Assembly: GCA_950097015.1 (NCBI GenBank)
Contig: CATNEN010000039.1
Span: 12,152,001 to 12,216,000, forward strand
Direction of reading: 5' to 3'
Length of the DNA: 64,000 nt
DNA from: Macrostomum hystrix
Taxonomy: Eukaryota > Animalia > Platyhelminthes
A model generated the notes under the pieces. That model searched no databases, had not been told where the DNA came from, and saw nothing but the letters and a program-made list of their open reading frames with translations. How positions within the stretch are numbered: position 1 is the stretch's first letter; each line of letters begins with the position of its first letter. Positions 33,440 to 45,464 of this stretch are shown here, one piece after another. The translations under genes were made by a program, and so were the position numbers.

Positions 33440-36400
33440 CCCTAGTGCTTGAGTTGACCCAAGTGGAAAATGGCTATAGAAAAAGAAAAACAGTGCATAA
33501 GCTAGGGACTAGGGTAGAAATTTGGGTAGGCAAGAAGCTTCCTAAGTCTATGGACTAAACAGCTGTTCTATAGAAGTGCTCATGAAATAGGTGCACCTTT
33601 TCAACAGGCTTATATATAGTATACAGATTTAATTTTTACATATGTATTCAGTATTCAAACTAAGTTAAAAAATAAACAAGCCATTGCAAGCCATCAGAAA
33701 TGATTATGAGAACCAAAAATGACTTGATTTAATAAATCTGTGATTAATAGACTTTAAAATGTAACTACATTCAGCTTGAATTAAGAAACATTATTTCTCA
33801 ATTTTTTGTTATTTGGTTTATGGAATTTCCAGTTCAGATTATAGAAAATGTTTGCAACATGCTACAAACTATATAGCTATGCTATAAAAAATTAAATTAT
33901 ATAGAAACACATAAAAAATATCATTGATTTGTTTGGCAGAACAGAACCAATTTGGCCAATTAAGGACATTAAGTGGTCTGCATAGCAAAATTTTAATATA
34001 TATGACAAGGCCTAGCACTTATGTTTAGCTCTTAGATTCCCAAGAATGTTTAAAATATAAATTATATTCCATTTTAAAGATCTTGGTTAGTTGCACTAAT
34101 TGAAATGTAGCATAAATGTTGGTTATCATATGAGTAAGACTTTATTTTTTACTCAAAAAAGGCTAAGGGTTATAAAAATATTTGAAATTGTTTGAAATTT
34201 CTTTAATATCTTCTTAAACATTAAATTTTGGTTTTGAGATGTTCATTTATTGCCTTCAAAGTTTTAGGCAGCATTTTATTACACAGTAGCTTTTATAATT
34301 AAGTAAAGCCTTATCTTCATTTTTTATTTACTGACCCTTAGGTCAGTTTTTATATAAATGATTAACACGAGTTAATCATTTGCCATTTTAGTAATTCTCA
34401 CAGCATTATAAGCTGTGAAGATATACTTCATATAAGTTCATTATAACAACTCTATAAGTTCCTCTATAAGGAACTTATAGAGTTCCTTGATGACTTAGCT
34501 TATATCAGGTTGGTCTTTTGCCTATATAAACCTATAAAAAATTTTACTATATAAACCTTTCTAGACAAAACATTATATCAAACAATTTATAATAGACAAC
34601 CATTTTGATAGATGCTACTGTTATATATTGAAACAGCTTTAATATAGTTAATTCAAACTTAAATAAAATCAATTAGTTCAAAATTAAAAACAAATATAAA
34701 ATGTTCTTAGGTATCTATCTATGGATGCCAATATACCTGAGCCTGAAATAGGGCTAAATAAGTGTTTAAGGTACCTTAAAAAGTACCTTAAAATAAATTA
34801 AATGGAACTTAAAGAACTAAAAAAGCGAATTTTTACAAATTCTTGGCGATTTTTTGAGATCTAGTAGTTCTAGGCCTACTGCTAACTGCAGCTAGCTAGC
34901 TAGCGAATGCAAGAATCTGAAGAGAGCACTTTCGTACTTTAGCCTTAGCTAGTCTTTAGTTGTATGATGATAAAACTTTAAATTAACAACACTAAGCCTT
35001 GAAACAAACATCAAGTGGACGATACGCAAGTAGATATACTTCGGCTTCTTGGCAATGGCAAGTCGATAGCAACACACAGACACAATTTCCACAATAAGAC
35101 ACCTCGGGCAGGATGTTTGGCGCAGAGTCTGTGCCCTGTAGGCTGCAGCTGCAGGCAGGCCACGCAATCTTTCCATTTCGACGAAGTACCTAAACAGCTT
35201 TTAACCAAGTAGAAACCCGAGTATTTGTTTGTTATCTTTAAAACACATTATCAAGCTATAGTTAGTCTAATTTGTTCTTTTGTTTAGCTTGTTGGGTCAC
35301 TTTAGTTAAAATGATATGTTTTAATAAATCCGAAAGTACGATTATGACAAACAAGGTGATATATTTCGAGATCCAAATTGCAAGCTTCTACAAATGATGT
35401 CCATCACTTTTAACAGAGGAATTACCCATTTATGGAGTGTAAATAAACATTAGTTATTTTTTCATTTAAAGCAGCTCCGAAAAGGCATATGTTGTGTGCG
35501 GCAAGTTGCCGTCAGTCATGTTCAAAATAATATACAGGGCCAGAGTGGCCATCAGGGCCAGTTAGGTTTGTGTTTTTCTTAGCTTAGCTATACCTCTTAA
35601 GACAAGAGTTCGCCTTTACAACGGCACTACAGTAAGTTTAACCAAGGACATCTATAGTACTAGTGCTCTAGATGTCATTGTGTTTAACTCGGCCTTGTGA
35701 GGAGGAGTCCATTCCATTCAGACGGACAGACTTATGACACCTGTCTCTGCGACTACAAAATATTTCGCAGATAACTCTGTGGTATCATCGATACAAAATG
35801 TCAGAAATCAGACGCGACATCTGACTCTAAAATTCAATGACGCACGGTCAAACCTGATCGCTTGATTCGGAACTCCGTTCAGAAGTGCCAACACATTACT
35901 ATTTATTCAATTTACAGTATTCATTGCTACATTCTCCTTTACACACGCATATATGTAAGTGTCTTTTGTGCTATGAGATTTAGAAGTCAAATCGAAGCAA
36001 TATCAATTTGTTTTCTTTGCAATTTTCCTACTTAGATTAGTTTGTAACATATCAGAGAAGTTGAGATTGGGCCTTGACCTCTCTGTATGAACCCAAGCTA
36101 TGTTAGGCGATATAGCATGGGTACTGCTTTTTTACTGCCTACCTCATGAGTGACTAATTCTCACCTTTACTCCAACACCGGGGCTGAAGCTGTCACTTAC
36201 CAAGTTTGCAGCATTATCACGGTGAGAGAGTTTCTCTGCATGGCTGTATGCTCGTAGAATTCAGCGTACAACGGTTGTGCGTGTCCGCCGGGCCACGCGA
36301 TTCAGTGTTGTTTCTCGGGGTCGATTTTGTGGTTTTGCGGGTAGAGATGCTGTGTCATTGCTGGAGACAGGAAAAGGCAAGTAAGGTAGAAGAGAGAGAG

Positions 36401-36598
36401 CTTAATGGAGGGGGCGGCGAAACACACATCGCACGGGGTTGCAATGAGCTGCCTTTCATTACGTCCAAACAGCTGGTAGGAGCAGGTAGAGCTCATCTGC
36501 ATTTGAGCCAGTAAATAGTCAAATAAGTTTGAACTTGCAGTACAAGTCATTAGATTTTTTCGAAACGAAAGATTGCTCTAATTAGCTAAAAACAAGCC

Positions 36599-37882
36599 AT
36601 GAGCAAGCGACCGCCAAAGCCACGTGGCCAACTGCAGGTGGACAAGGCGACGCACTATTTGGTGGAGCTCAGCTGGGAGGAGCAGCTGACCCAGCTGACG
36701 GAGGGACAAAGTGCAGACGATGGCCGCCTGCGAGTTGAGATTCAATGGTCGCGGTTCGAAAACACCTGGGAGGTGGCTTATAAGGGCTACGACGTGCGCT
36801 GCGTTTGCTCCGGCCTCGAGCCCGACCAGGAGTATCAGGTGCGGCAGAGATTCGGAAACGGTCACGGCTGGGGCGACTTTGGCGAGCCGGTGACGGTGAA
36901 AACAGCCAGCAAGCCGTTCAGCGGCGAAGACCTGCACCGCCACATCCGGCGACGGAATCTGGAGACTCTAGTGCAGGTGCTGGAGACTGGAGAGGCCAAT
37001 CCCAATGCGCCGGATGATAAAGGATTCACACCACTGGCTGAGGCAGCACTCGAAGGACTGCTGGATTTCTGCCAGGTTCTGGTGGACCATCGAGCTGATG
37101 TCAACTGGTCTGGCGATAATGGTGCGTCTTCTTGTGCAAATTGAATATTCGCTGGCTGCGGGTCTAGTGTAACCAAATGATGTGCCCTTGCCTGCAGCCC
37201 TCTTTGCTATCGTTTCTGATTGTTTTTGTTTTCATCATGTCGCGCCGAATCCCACAGCCGTCAAGCAGATTTTATTACATTTTCTATTTTTCTGTACAGT
37301 CCTGTGCTCATTTTCACTTCAGGAAAAACCTGCCTAATGCAGGTTGCGTACAAAGGCAAGCCGGCTGTGCTGCAGTGGCTGCTGGAGTCGGCCAATGCCA
37401 GTCTGGGTCCGCGCGATCGCAACGGACTCAGCGCCCTACATTACGCCGTCGATGGCGAGCAGCTGGAGAACATTCGCTGCCTGCTGGATCACGGAGCCGA
37501 CCTGCACGCCAAAGACAACGCCGGCTGCACGCCGCTGCTGCGGTGCGCACAGCATCGCAACAACGGCAACTCGGCAGTGGCTGTTGAGTTACTGAATCGG
37601 GGCGCGCTAGTTGACGAAACCGACTCCAGCGGTCAGACGGCACTGTTCTACTGCGTCATCAATCGGCACGAGAAGCTGGCAGCGCTGCTGCTGCACCATG
37701 GCGCCGACGTTCGTGCTACCAATAGCCACGGACTGTCTGTGTTGAAAGCTACGGAGGGCCAGCAGCCGGAGCGCAAGGCAATGCGGGCGCTTCTGCTGGA
37801 GCATGTGGAGAAGCGCCGGTCGGAGCAGGACAATCCTGACGCTGTGGCGGCGAAGGAGACAACTGGAACTGTTCGCGGCTGA
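36599..37882 (+). CDS. FANK1: Fibronectin type III and ankyrin repeat domain protein 1
   Basis: Exons 36599-37121 and 37323-37882 (phase 1 join N-G-KTCLM); FN3 domain (VELSW..YKG..GLEPDQEYQVR) followed by ankyrin repeats (GFTPL, GLSALHYAVDG, GCTPLLR, GQTAL). Confidence 0.88.
37149..37205 (+). mobile_element. SINE family A 3' fragment in the FANK1 intron
   Basis: TCGCTGGCTGCGGGTCTAGTGTAACCAAATGATGTGCCCTTGCCTGCAGCCCTC. Confidence 0.8.
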
Positions 37883-39056
37883 GGAGTTATGCAGAAGAAC
37901 ATGAAATGATATGCAACCAGCTAGCAGGTTTAACTTTTAATTTCCTTCAGTAGCCGGCGAATTCCTTTTAGTTTTTTGTGCTGACCATTTTAACTGTCCG
38001 AAACGCAGACGTCATATTTTTTCCAACAGATCTTCTCGACAGACATCTAAAGGTATTTAACAAACATTGCGTACTTCTTCATTCACTCCTAATGTCACTG
38101 AGTCCAACAGACTGCAAAGTTACCAGCCAAACAATCTCTTCAGCGCTCTTCAATGTGAATCCCAATTTCAGTCAATCTTCACTTGTACAACTTGTCTATC
38201 TACAATCAGAAGTACATTTTAAGCCTGCTATGTATATGATTCGACTGTGAATAGACGCTTGTATACTTGTACGAGTTTGGGTACCCACACTACGATGCTT
38301 CGCTGCCATCGTTTCTATTTACGCACAGGACTTTAAATTTGAATTGTATTTACAACCTTTCTGTTTATTCGAACAGTCTCCCAAGGTTTAAAGCCGAGTT
38401 TTAAAGCTAGACAACCTAATTTCTAACCAAATGAACAATAACTGCTCATTTTCGTCAGCCCGAATACTCCTAAACTTATTCTCATTTTCTTATTAGCTAC
38501 CCCAGGCAAACACAAGCAGAAGAATTTTTTTAATAACATTTTTTACAGCATCATTGAAATATCACGCAGTCTAGTTGTTGCGTGCTGAGTATAAAACAAT
38601 ACGAATTTTAAAGATAAAATATGAATATTGGTCGGGCTCATCAGTGTTCAGCTTCTGCATCAGTGTCTTGGCAGTTATTTTATTGACTTAATTAAAAGTA
38701 ATTGCATCAATTAGCAGGAAATGTGCTGATCATATTTGACAAAGAAAGAAAATCTTTAAAAATTTGGACGGAAACTTTCGCGCCGGTTGAGCAAGCCTTT
38801 GGTCCCTTTTCATCTCCGGAAGCGTCTTTGAATGGGAAAATGTTCCGCATTTGAAACAACAGAACTCTGAAAATCTGACCGGACTTCGGCCCTAATTAGA
38901 GGCCGCTAATTAGGAGATTGAGAGGGGAAGAGGATGTAATAGAGTCATCATGTGTCATTCGTGCAACGATTGTCAAAAAGGCCAATTGTGCTGATCACTT
39001 CAGTTGAAGGAAAGCCACCTGGGCAAGTGGTCGAGTAGCTGAGCGAGCCATGCAGC

Positions 39057-39063
39057 TATAAAT
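39057..39063 (+). promoter_or_regulatory. TATA box candidate for the GPCR gene
   Basis: TATAAAT ~130 nt upstream of the predicted ATG. Confidence 0.35.
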
Positions 39064-39191
39064 ACGAAATTGAAATGCAGAGTGTGAATCGCCCCAACAG
39101 CGGTAGAGAACAAATTGCGCCACCCTTTGGCTTACAAAATTGTTAGAAATTTGTTTACGAACTACTACAACCGACAAATCGGTTCTAATCA

Positions 39192-40421
39192 ATGCAGAAC
39201 GTTTCAATCGCTGCTGGTAAGTATCAAAACTATCATTAGAGTCTTGTCAGTAATTTGTTTTTCACAAAGAATGCCCTGTACTACTTTTCTATCACAGAGC
39301 CGACCAGGCTTTTAGCCATCAAGAATGTCATCGAGAACATCCTTATCAACCTCAGACTGTACGCTGCCCCGATCGCGTCTGTGATCTGCGCTGTGGGCTT
39401 CTTATTGTCTGCGTGGGTGTTTGTCAGCACCTGGCGCAGCATCAAGGGCAAGGACCTCCTACTGTGCGCCAATATTGCGGCCGACTTTGTCACCGTTATA
39501 ACAACGTAATGTTACAAGAAAGCTCTTACTTTTGCTTGAATTCTGTTAAACTTCAGAGGCATTAGAATCAAACGGAAATGAGCATTTGCGATTTGATTTT
39601 CGCTTAGGCTGACGGTACGCGAGTTTCTACACAGCGGTCTCGGCAGCCGGGTCCCCATCGAGCTGCCCAACCTCACCAGCAACTGGGTGTGCAAGCTCTG
39701 GGCCTTCTTCTGGATCCTCGGCAACAGCCTGTCCTCCACCCTGCTCTGCCTGGTGGCGGCTGATAGGATCTACGCCCTATGCTGGCCGCTGCACCATCGG
39801 GCCCGCATGACTAAGCGAAAGTACTGCATCGCTCTCGGCCTCTTTATTTTAGCGTTCAGCTGCGCTTCAATCCACGCCATCCTTTACGAAGCCTACGAAT
39901 ATTTCGGACAGCGCTATTGCTACCTCTCCATCGCGCTGCCATGGCAGGCCTTCGAGCTAGTTCAGGGCTACGTCTTGCTGTTTCTTAACGGCTTACTCGG
40001 CACTTTCGTCATGGCCGTAACGAACGTCTTTACCTGCGCCAAGATTGTATCGATTCAAGCCGCCCGCCTCAGACTGCAGCAGCATCAGTGCCAGCAGAAC
40101 CAGTCTGACATCCGCGGCGCCCGCAGCCTGCTGGTGATGACAGCTGTGTACCTGCTGGTCTCGCTGCCCAGAGCTCTTGTGTACTTCGTCTCCTTCTTGA
40201 ACTATCGCTATACACTGTGGCTCGACATTGACAACAAAGTTATGCAGCCTCTGCTGCTGTCGCTGGCCAACGTGCTCAACTACCTGTTCTACGCCTACTG
40301 CTCGCTGAACTGGCTGATTTGCGGCCTGAGAGTCCACCAGTTTCGCAACGCCTTCAACTACATCGCCGGCCGCATCGGGAAGCGAATCAATTCGTCAGGC
40401 GGCACTCGCGAGGAGAACTGA
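39192..40421 (+). CDS. Rhodopsin-class (class A) orphan peptide-receptor-like GPCR
   Basis: Exons 39192-39216 (MQNVSIAA, N-glycosylation sequon), 39298-39505, 39608-40421 join in phase; seven hydrophobic segments; WVCKLW top of TM3; AADRIYALCWPL; TM6 YLLVSLP; TM7 SLNWLIC. Confidence 0.88.
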
Positions 40422-41010
40422 CGAGTTTCTCAGAAGTTCCGCTAGATTTGAAACGCAAAAGTTTCGCAAAAACGTAGATTTTATAGAGGCTGTTATTAGC
40501 CAAATTTCTCGGTAAAAAGACCTCGCCCAGCGGGCATCGATAGGCCCTCATAGACACATCGGATAATAATTCTAAAATTTACAATAAAAATAAATCCTAA
40601 ATTCTTCGAAAAAATAACAAATATATTTCAAAGGCTAAAGCTGCGAAATTGTTTAAAAAGGCAGAGATTTTTATATTGAAACTTTATTTTCAAACGGAAT
40701 AAAATTACAGTTTAGGTACAAAACGGGGCAGAAAACTCATTTACTTTGATTACTGTCCGCGTTCACTAGCTCCAGGTCTCGATTTTTGCGTATGAGCTTG
40801 TTTTAGTAGTACATTGTGTGAATTAAAATTGTTTGATAACTTAAAATAATACGCTTGCGAGACATTCAAACATGATAAATTACAACTGATCACAATAGAT
40901 CATCTCCATTGACACGATTTGAGTTCAGATTTCTGAAGTGTCGGAGAAAAGTGAAGTAAAGAATTTCATTCAATTTCCTCAGCGCAAAAGTATCGCCATG
41001 GGAGCTCAGG

Positions 41011-44000
41011 TCAGAGCGGTGTGAAGGGTCTCTGGCTGTCCCGCTCGTTACCGAAGGAACCGTAGCGCGGTCGCTGCATCTCGGAGGCGGACAGCTCGTC
41101 AGGCTCTGTGAAGTTGTCAACCACCCGACGCTCTCGCTCCTCGTGCTCCAGGCGCCAGGCGAGTTCGCTGCCGCGAAAGAACTTTTCAGCGTCCTGGACG
41201 GTGTCTGGCAGAGGCATGTCTTTGGTCTCTGGCAGCCACAGCACAATGAAAACTGCCAAGATTGTCATGCCACCAAATAGGACCGCCGGCAGCCATTCGG
41301 CAATGATTGACAGGTAGTTGATTACCGGCGAGATCACGCTGAGGAAGCCGGCCACCACGGCAGCGAGAAAAACACCGTTATTGCGCAACGAGGTGGGAAA
41401 GTTCTCAGCCCCGTAGATGTCCATCGCTGAGTAGGCCGCAGTCAGCAGACACTTTCCTGCCAATCGGTGCAGGGTGACTCACTGTCTGACTCCCTGAGTT
41501 GTTAATTCAACTTTGACCGTTCAGCTTAATACGAGCTAATAATATTATTATCAATAATTGCAGGAGGGCTGCGGGCAATGGCACATCATTTTGGTGACAC
41601 TGGACCCGCAGCCAGCGAGGAGGCAATTCTGCTCATTCTGCTGACTACTGAGCACACACTCACACAGGATGTGTACATCTGCACTGAGTTTCTCGTCATC
41701 AGGCAGTGTACAGTCTCACTGTACCTTGGAAGGTTGACCCTCAATGTCGTAAATTGCACGACAACCCTTAAGCCTTCTCTTTCCGCGGCTGCTCAGAAAA
41801 TAAATATGGCCTCACCGCGGAATCGACCTCAGGGTCCCTGGTGCGAGAGGTGAACGCGTCAGACCGCTCTGTCACTCACCCTGCCCGACAGTTCAGCTTA
41901 CTCACCAATCAGCGCCACGGCAACCTTAATAGCCAAGGTGTAGTGTAACTCCTGCGGTATGAAGGGCACGGCAATGATGGCGGCCCCAGCTAAGATGGCC
42001 ATCACCACAGTCGGCGATCGTCGTCCGATGCGCTCCGAAACCAGCCAGGCGAGGAGGTAGCCTGGAATCTCCAGCAGCCCGCTGACCGCAGTGTTGATGT
42101 ACACATCGCTGATAATGAATGTTGTGTCGATGGTCAAGCCGTAATAGGACAATGAGAAGATCAGCATTACAAATGTGATCGTCAGTGTTTTACGCCGCAT
42201 CACGGGGTAGGTAAACAGTTCTGAGGTGCGTCCTGTTGGAGTCTCTTCCATGATGATCTTCTACAGAAAAGCAAAGCGACATTTCGGCAATGATAAAAAA
42301 CAATTAAACCAGATTTACAGCCGACAGCACAGCCACGCCTACTGGGGGACGTCACACCCAACCCTCAATACCCCAGCTGATGCTGGTACCCACTAAAAAG
42401 CTGGGTGAACTTAAGCAAAGCAGAGTTGAGTGTCTTGATAAAGGACACAAATTTTTCAGTGAAGTCAGAAATCGTGAGTCCGACCGTTAAGTTGTGAGTC
42501 CGATCTCTAATCATTAGGCAACGACCCCATTTGACCTAGATACTTGATCAGCACACTAAAGTTTCTAGTGCGTTAGAGAAATGTGTTGGTGTCAGTCCTA
42601 TTCTACCAATCTCTCGACATAAATTCTCACGTCAAATTTGTTTGTCCTCCAGCGAATGCCATTCCACCTTGCCAGCTTCTCGAAGACCTTGCCAGCCTCC
42701 TTGGTGCGGCCCTTCAGCACCAGCCAGCGGGGCGACTCCGGCACCAGAAAGTAGACGAGGATGTAGTTGGCGCTGAATGCCAGGCTAAACAGCTGGATGG
42801 TGCGCCATTCCTGGAACAGGAAGGCAATCAGGCTGCACATGGAATAGCCGAGGCACCACAGCAGCCAGTAGAGATTGCCCAGCATGGCCCGGTGCTTGGC
42901 GGCCGTGAGCTCCTCGACAAGCAGTAGACCCTGATAGTACACTGGAGATGCTAGGCCTGCAGGTTACAGGTAGACACTTTGCTTATTATTAGGACCCGGA
43001 TATTTAATACCTGATCTAAATATTTTAATTTTAATTATTTTAATTAATACCTGAGCAAAATTAGAACTTTTGAGTTTACAGTCGTGCGGCGAAATTTATA
43101 AAGAATTAGGCGTATGAGACTCAGTGGAGCACTGAGAAAGAAAAATTTAACTTACTTAAAAAGTAATCTAAGACTCAGAGCCACACTGTCTCTTTCTATT
43201 CAAAACTCAAAATTTAATTTAACTCCCTTACCCAGAAACTTCCTGGCTTTGGCACTTCGGGGTTAGTTCGGAGTTCGGTCTCGGGATCTGGGTTCGGGAC
43301 AGGATCGGGTGTAAGCGCCGAATAGCCCGAAATATTTCAATCCTGAACACCACGAAGTTCTTGACTGTCGCATCTATGCATATTAAAAAGAAGCCACTGT
43401 CTTGAGTTGGGCCATAGACAGAAATTCCAAGCACTACGAGCTAATTACCAATAGAAAAATTTACAAATTCCTGCTCGACTTCAGGAAGGCACGAGATTAA
43501 GAATCGCAGCTCAAGTGAACCGATTAGTAACGTTAATTAGAAGATGTGGCAGAGCGTTAAACGCGTTGGCCTCTCGCACCATCTACCTGAGCTCGATTCT
43601 GCGGCGAGACCACAATCATTTGGGGCGCAGCCGCGGAGAGAAGGCTTGGGGGCTTGTCGTGCAATTTGCGACCTTGAGGGTCAACCTCCAAGCCACATTG
43701 AGAGTGTACACTGCATGCCTGACGATGAGAAAGTCATGGCAGATGTACACACCTGTGCGAGCGTGTGCCAGCGTACTGTATCTGTGTGAGTGTGTACTCA
43801 GTAGTCAGCAAAATAGGCAGAATTGCCTCCTCGCTGGCTGCGGGTCTAGTGTCGCTAAATGATGTGCCATTGCCCACAGCCGTCCAAAAAACTTGAATAT
43901 TATTACTACTGTTAGTTACTGGATTTCGTTTCAGTAATTACTGTACCCATTTCACCTATCTGTAAAATGGGTACAGGTAGAACTGTTGGTGGGTCTTGCC

Positions 44001-44632
44001 CCCCCGAGTCCACAGGCTGAACAGCAGTAAGTCTGACCCAACTGGGCTAGGTGTCCATCCTTATCATTCAGCATTACCTGAGGAGCGTTACCTTTGAGAA
44101 ACCGCGCAGCAATCTGCCACTCGACGGTAGGCGTGAAGACCGGCAGCACCGTCGTGACAATGTCCACGCAGCCGCAGATCAATAGGATGGTTCGTCGGCC
44201 GATCCGGTCGCCCAGCGTGGCGAACAGCATCCCGCAGGCGTCACCGAGGAAGTAGACGCTCATCAGGATGGTCGGGAAGATTTTCCGGTCGCACACCAAC
44301 TGGAAGTCCTTCACCATGGTCAGCCGGATGAAGTCGTCCTCGAACTCAAACTCCGTGCAGGCCTCCTCGGTGTAGTTGCCGTCCTGCGTGAGAGCTGTCG
44401 AGAAGTTGCTCGCTTCTGTTAGCCGGCCGATTGAGCACTGGCTGTCGAATTCCTGAGGCTCGTAGCCGCTTGAGTTCTGCTGAGCGCAGCGGAACGGTGA
44501 CACGTGCAGCATCATGGCCAGCAGCTGCAGATCCAGCACGGCCTTCACCGACGTCATCGACAGCGTCAGGAAGATCATCATCTGAGCTCGGCCGAAGCCG
44601 CCAATTTGAGTGAGGATTTTCTCGTACTCCAT
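41011..44632 (-). CDS. SLC22 family organic cation/anion transporter (MFS)
   Basis: Exons 44632-44092, 42956-42631, 42260-41906, 41456-41011 join in phase; IGGFGRAQ, Cys loop ending DFQLVCDR, GDRIGRR, VPESPRWL, ERIGRR, AENFPTSLR, LPETKDMPLPDT motifs. Confidence 0.93.
41540..41883 (-). mobile_element. SINE family A, full length, SLC22 intron 3
   Basis: Reverse-complement match from head (TCACTCACCC) to TAATAAT tail. Confidence 0.88.
42335..42530 (-). mobile_element. SINE family B, degenerate copy, SLC22 intron 2
   Basis: TGCTGGTACCC..AGCTGGGTGAAC..GCAGAGTTGAGTGTCTTGATAAAGGAC..GTGAGTCCGA is the reverse complement of family B. Confidence 0.78.
43546..43885 (+). mobile_element. SINE family A, full length, SLC22 intron 1
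   Basis: GTGGCAGAGCGTTAAACGCG head through GCCATTGCCCACAGCC end. Confidence 0.88.
43935..44057 (+). mobile_element. SINE family B-like fragment, SLC22 intron 1
   Basis: TTCACCTATCTGTAAAATGGGTAC..GGTGGGT..AGTCCACAGGCTGAACAGC..TCTGACCCAACTGGGCTAGGTGT. Confidence 0.65.
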
Positions 44633-45152
44633 CGGTCTGAGCAAATTTTCGCTATATAACTGTCAATTAGATCTGACCTGAGCAGTGCAACCTGGAGTAG
44701 CACTTTAAGCACAGGAATTTAAAGCTTGATTATAATAAACTCTGTCTGGGTGACCTTTAACTACATGGCTCGTTAGCCCCCCTGCTATCAGCTGATCTGG
44801 GTCGGGGTGGGCCTACATGGCACCTCCAAGCTAGCAGGTAGAATGATTGCGAGCGTGCCCAACGTATTAGGTGAAGGACGCCCCGAGCTTTCACGCGCTC
44901 GAGTTTTAGTCGCTAAGTTCAAAGTTCTTTTCTTTTCGCTCGATATCAGTTAGGCCTAAATATTTCCAGAAAAAGTTGCTTTCTTGACGAAAAAACACTT
45001 TCACTTCATGCAATACTCATAAATTCCTCATACTCGTAGTTAGTCTAAACTATTTTTAGTAGGTAGCAAAGACTTTTTTCTTCTAGCTCGTATTATTCAA
45101 AATATATTAAGTTTTCTATTTGATAATGGTCAATGCAATATAACACTTGCAG

Positions 45153-45464
45153 CTAAACGCGGCGCTAAACGCGGCGCTAAACGCGGCGCTAAACGCGGCG
45201 CTAAACGCGGCGCTAAACGCGGCGCTAAACGCGGCGCTAAACGCGGCGCTAAACGCGGCGCTAAACGCGGCGCTAAACGCGGCGCTAAACGCGGCGCTAA
45301 ACGCGGCGCTAAACGCGGCGCTAAACGCGGCGCTAAACGCGGCGCTAAACGCGGCGCTAAACGCGGCGCTAAACGCGGCGCTAAACGCGGCGCTAAACGC
45401 GGCGCTAAACGCGGCGCTAAACGCGGCGCTAAACGCGGCGCTAAACGCGGCGCTAAACGCGGCG
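45153..45464. repeat. Perfect 12-bp minisatellite (CTAAACGCGGCG) x26
   Basis: 312 bp with no visible variant. Confidence 0.97.
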
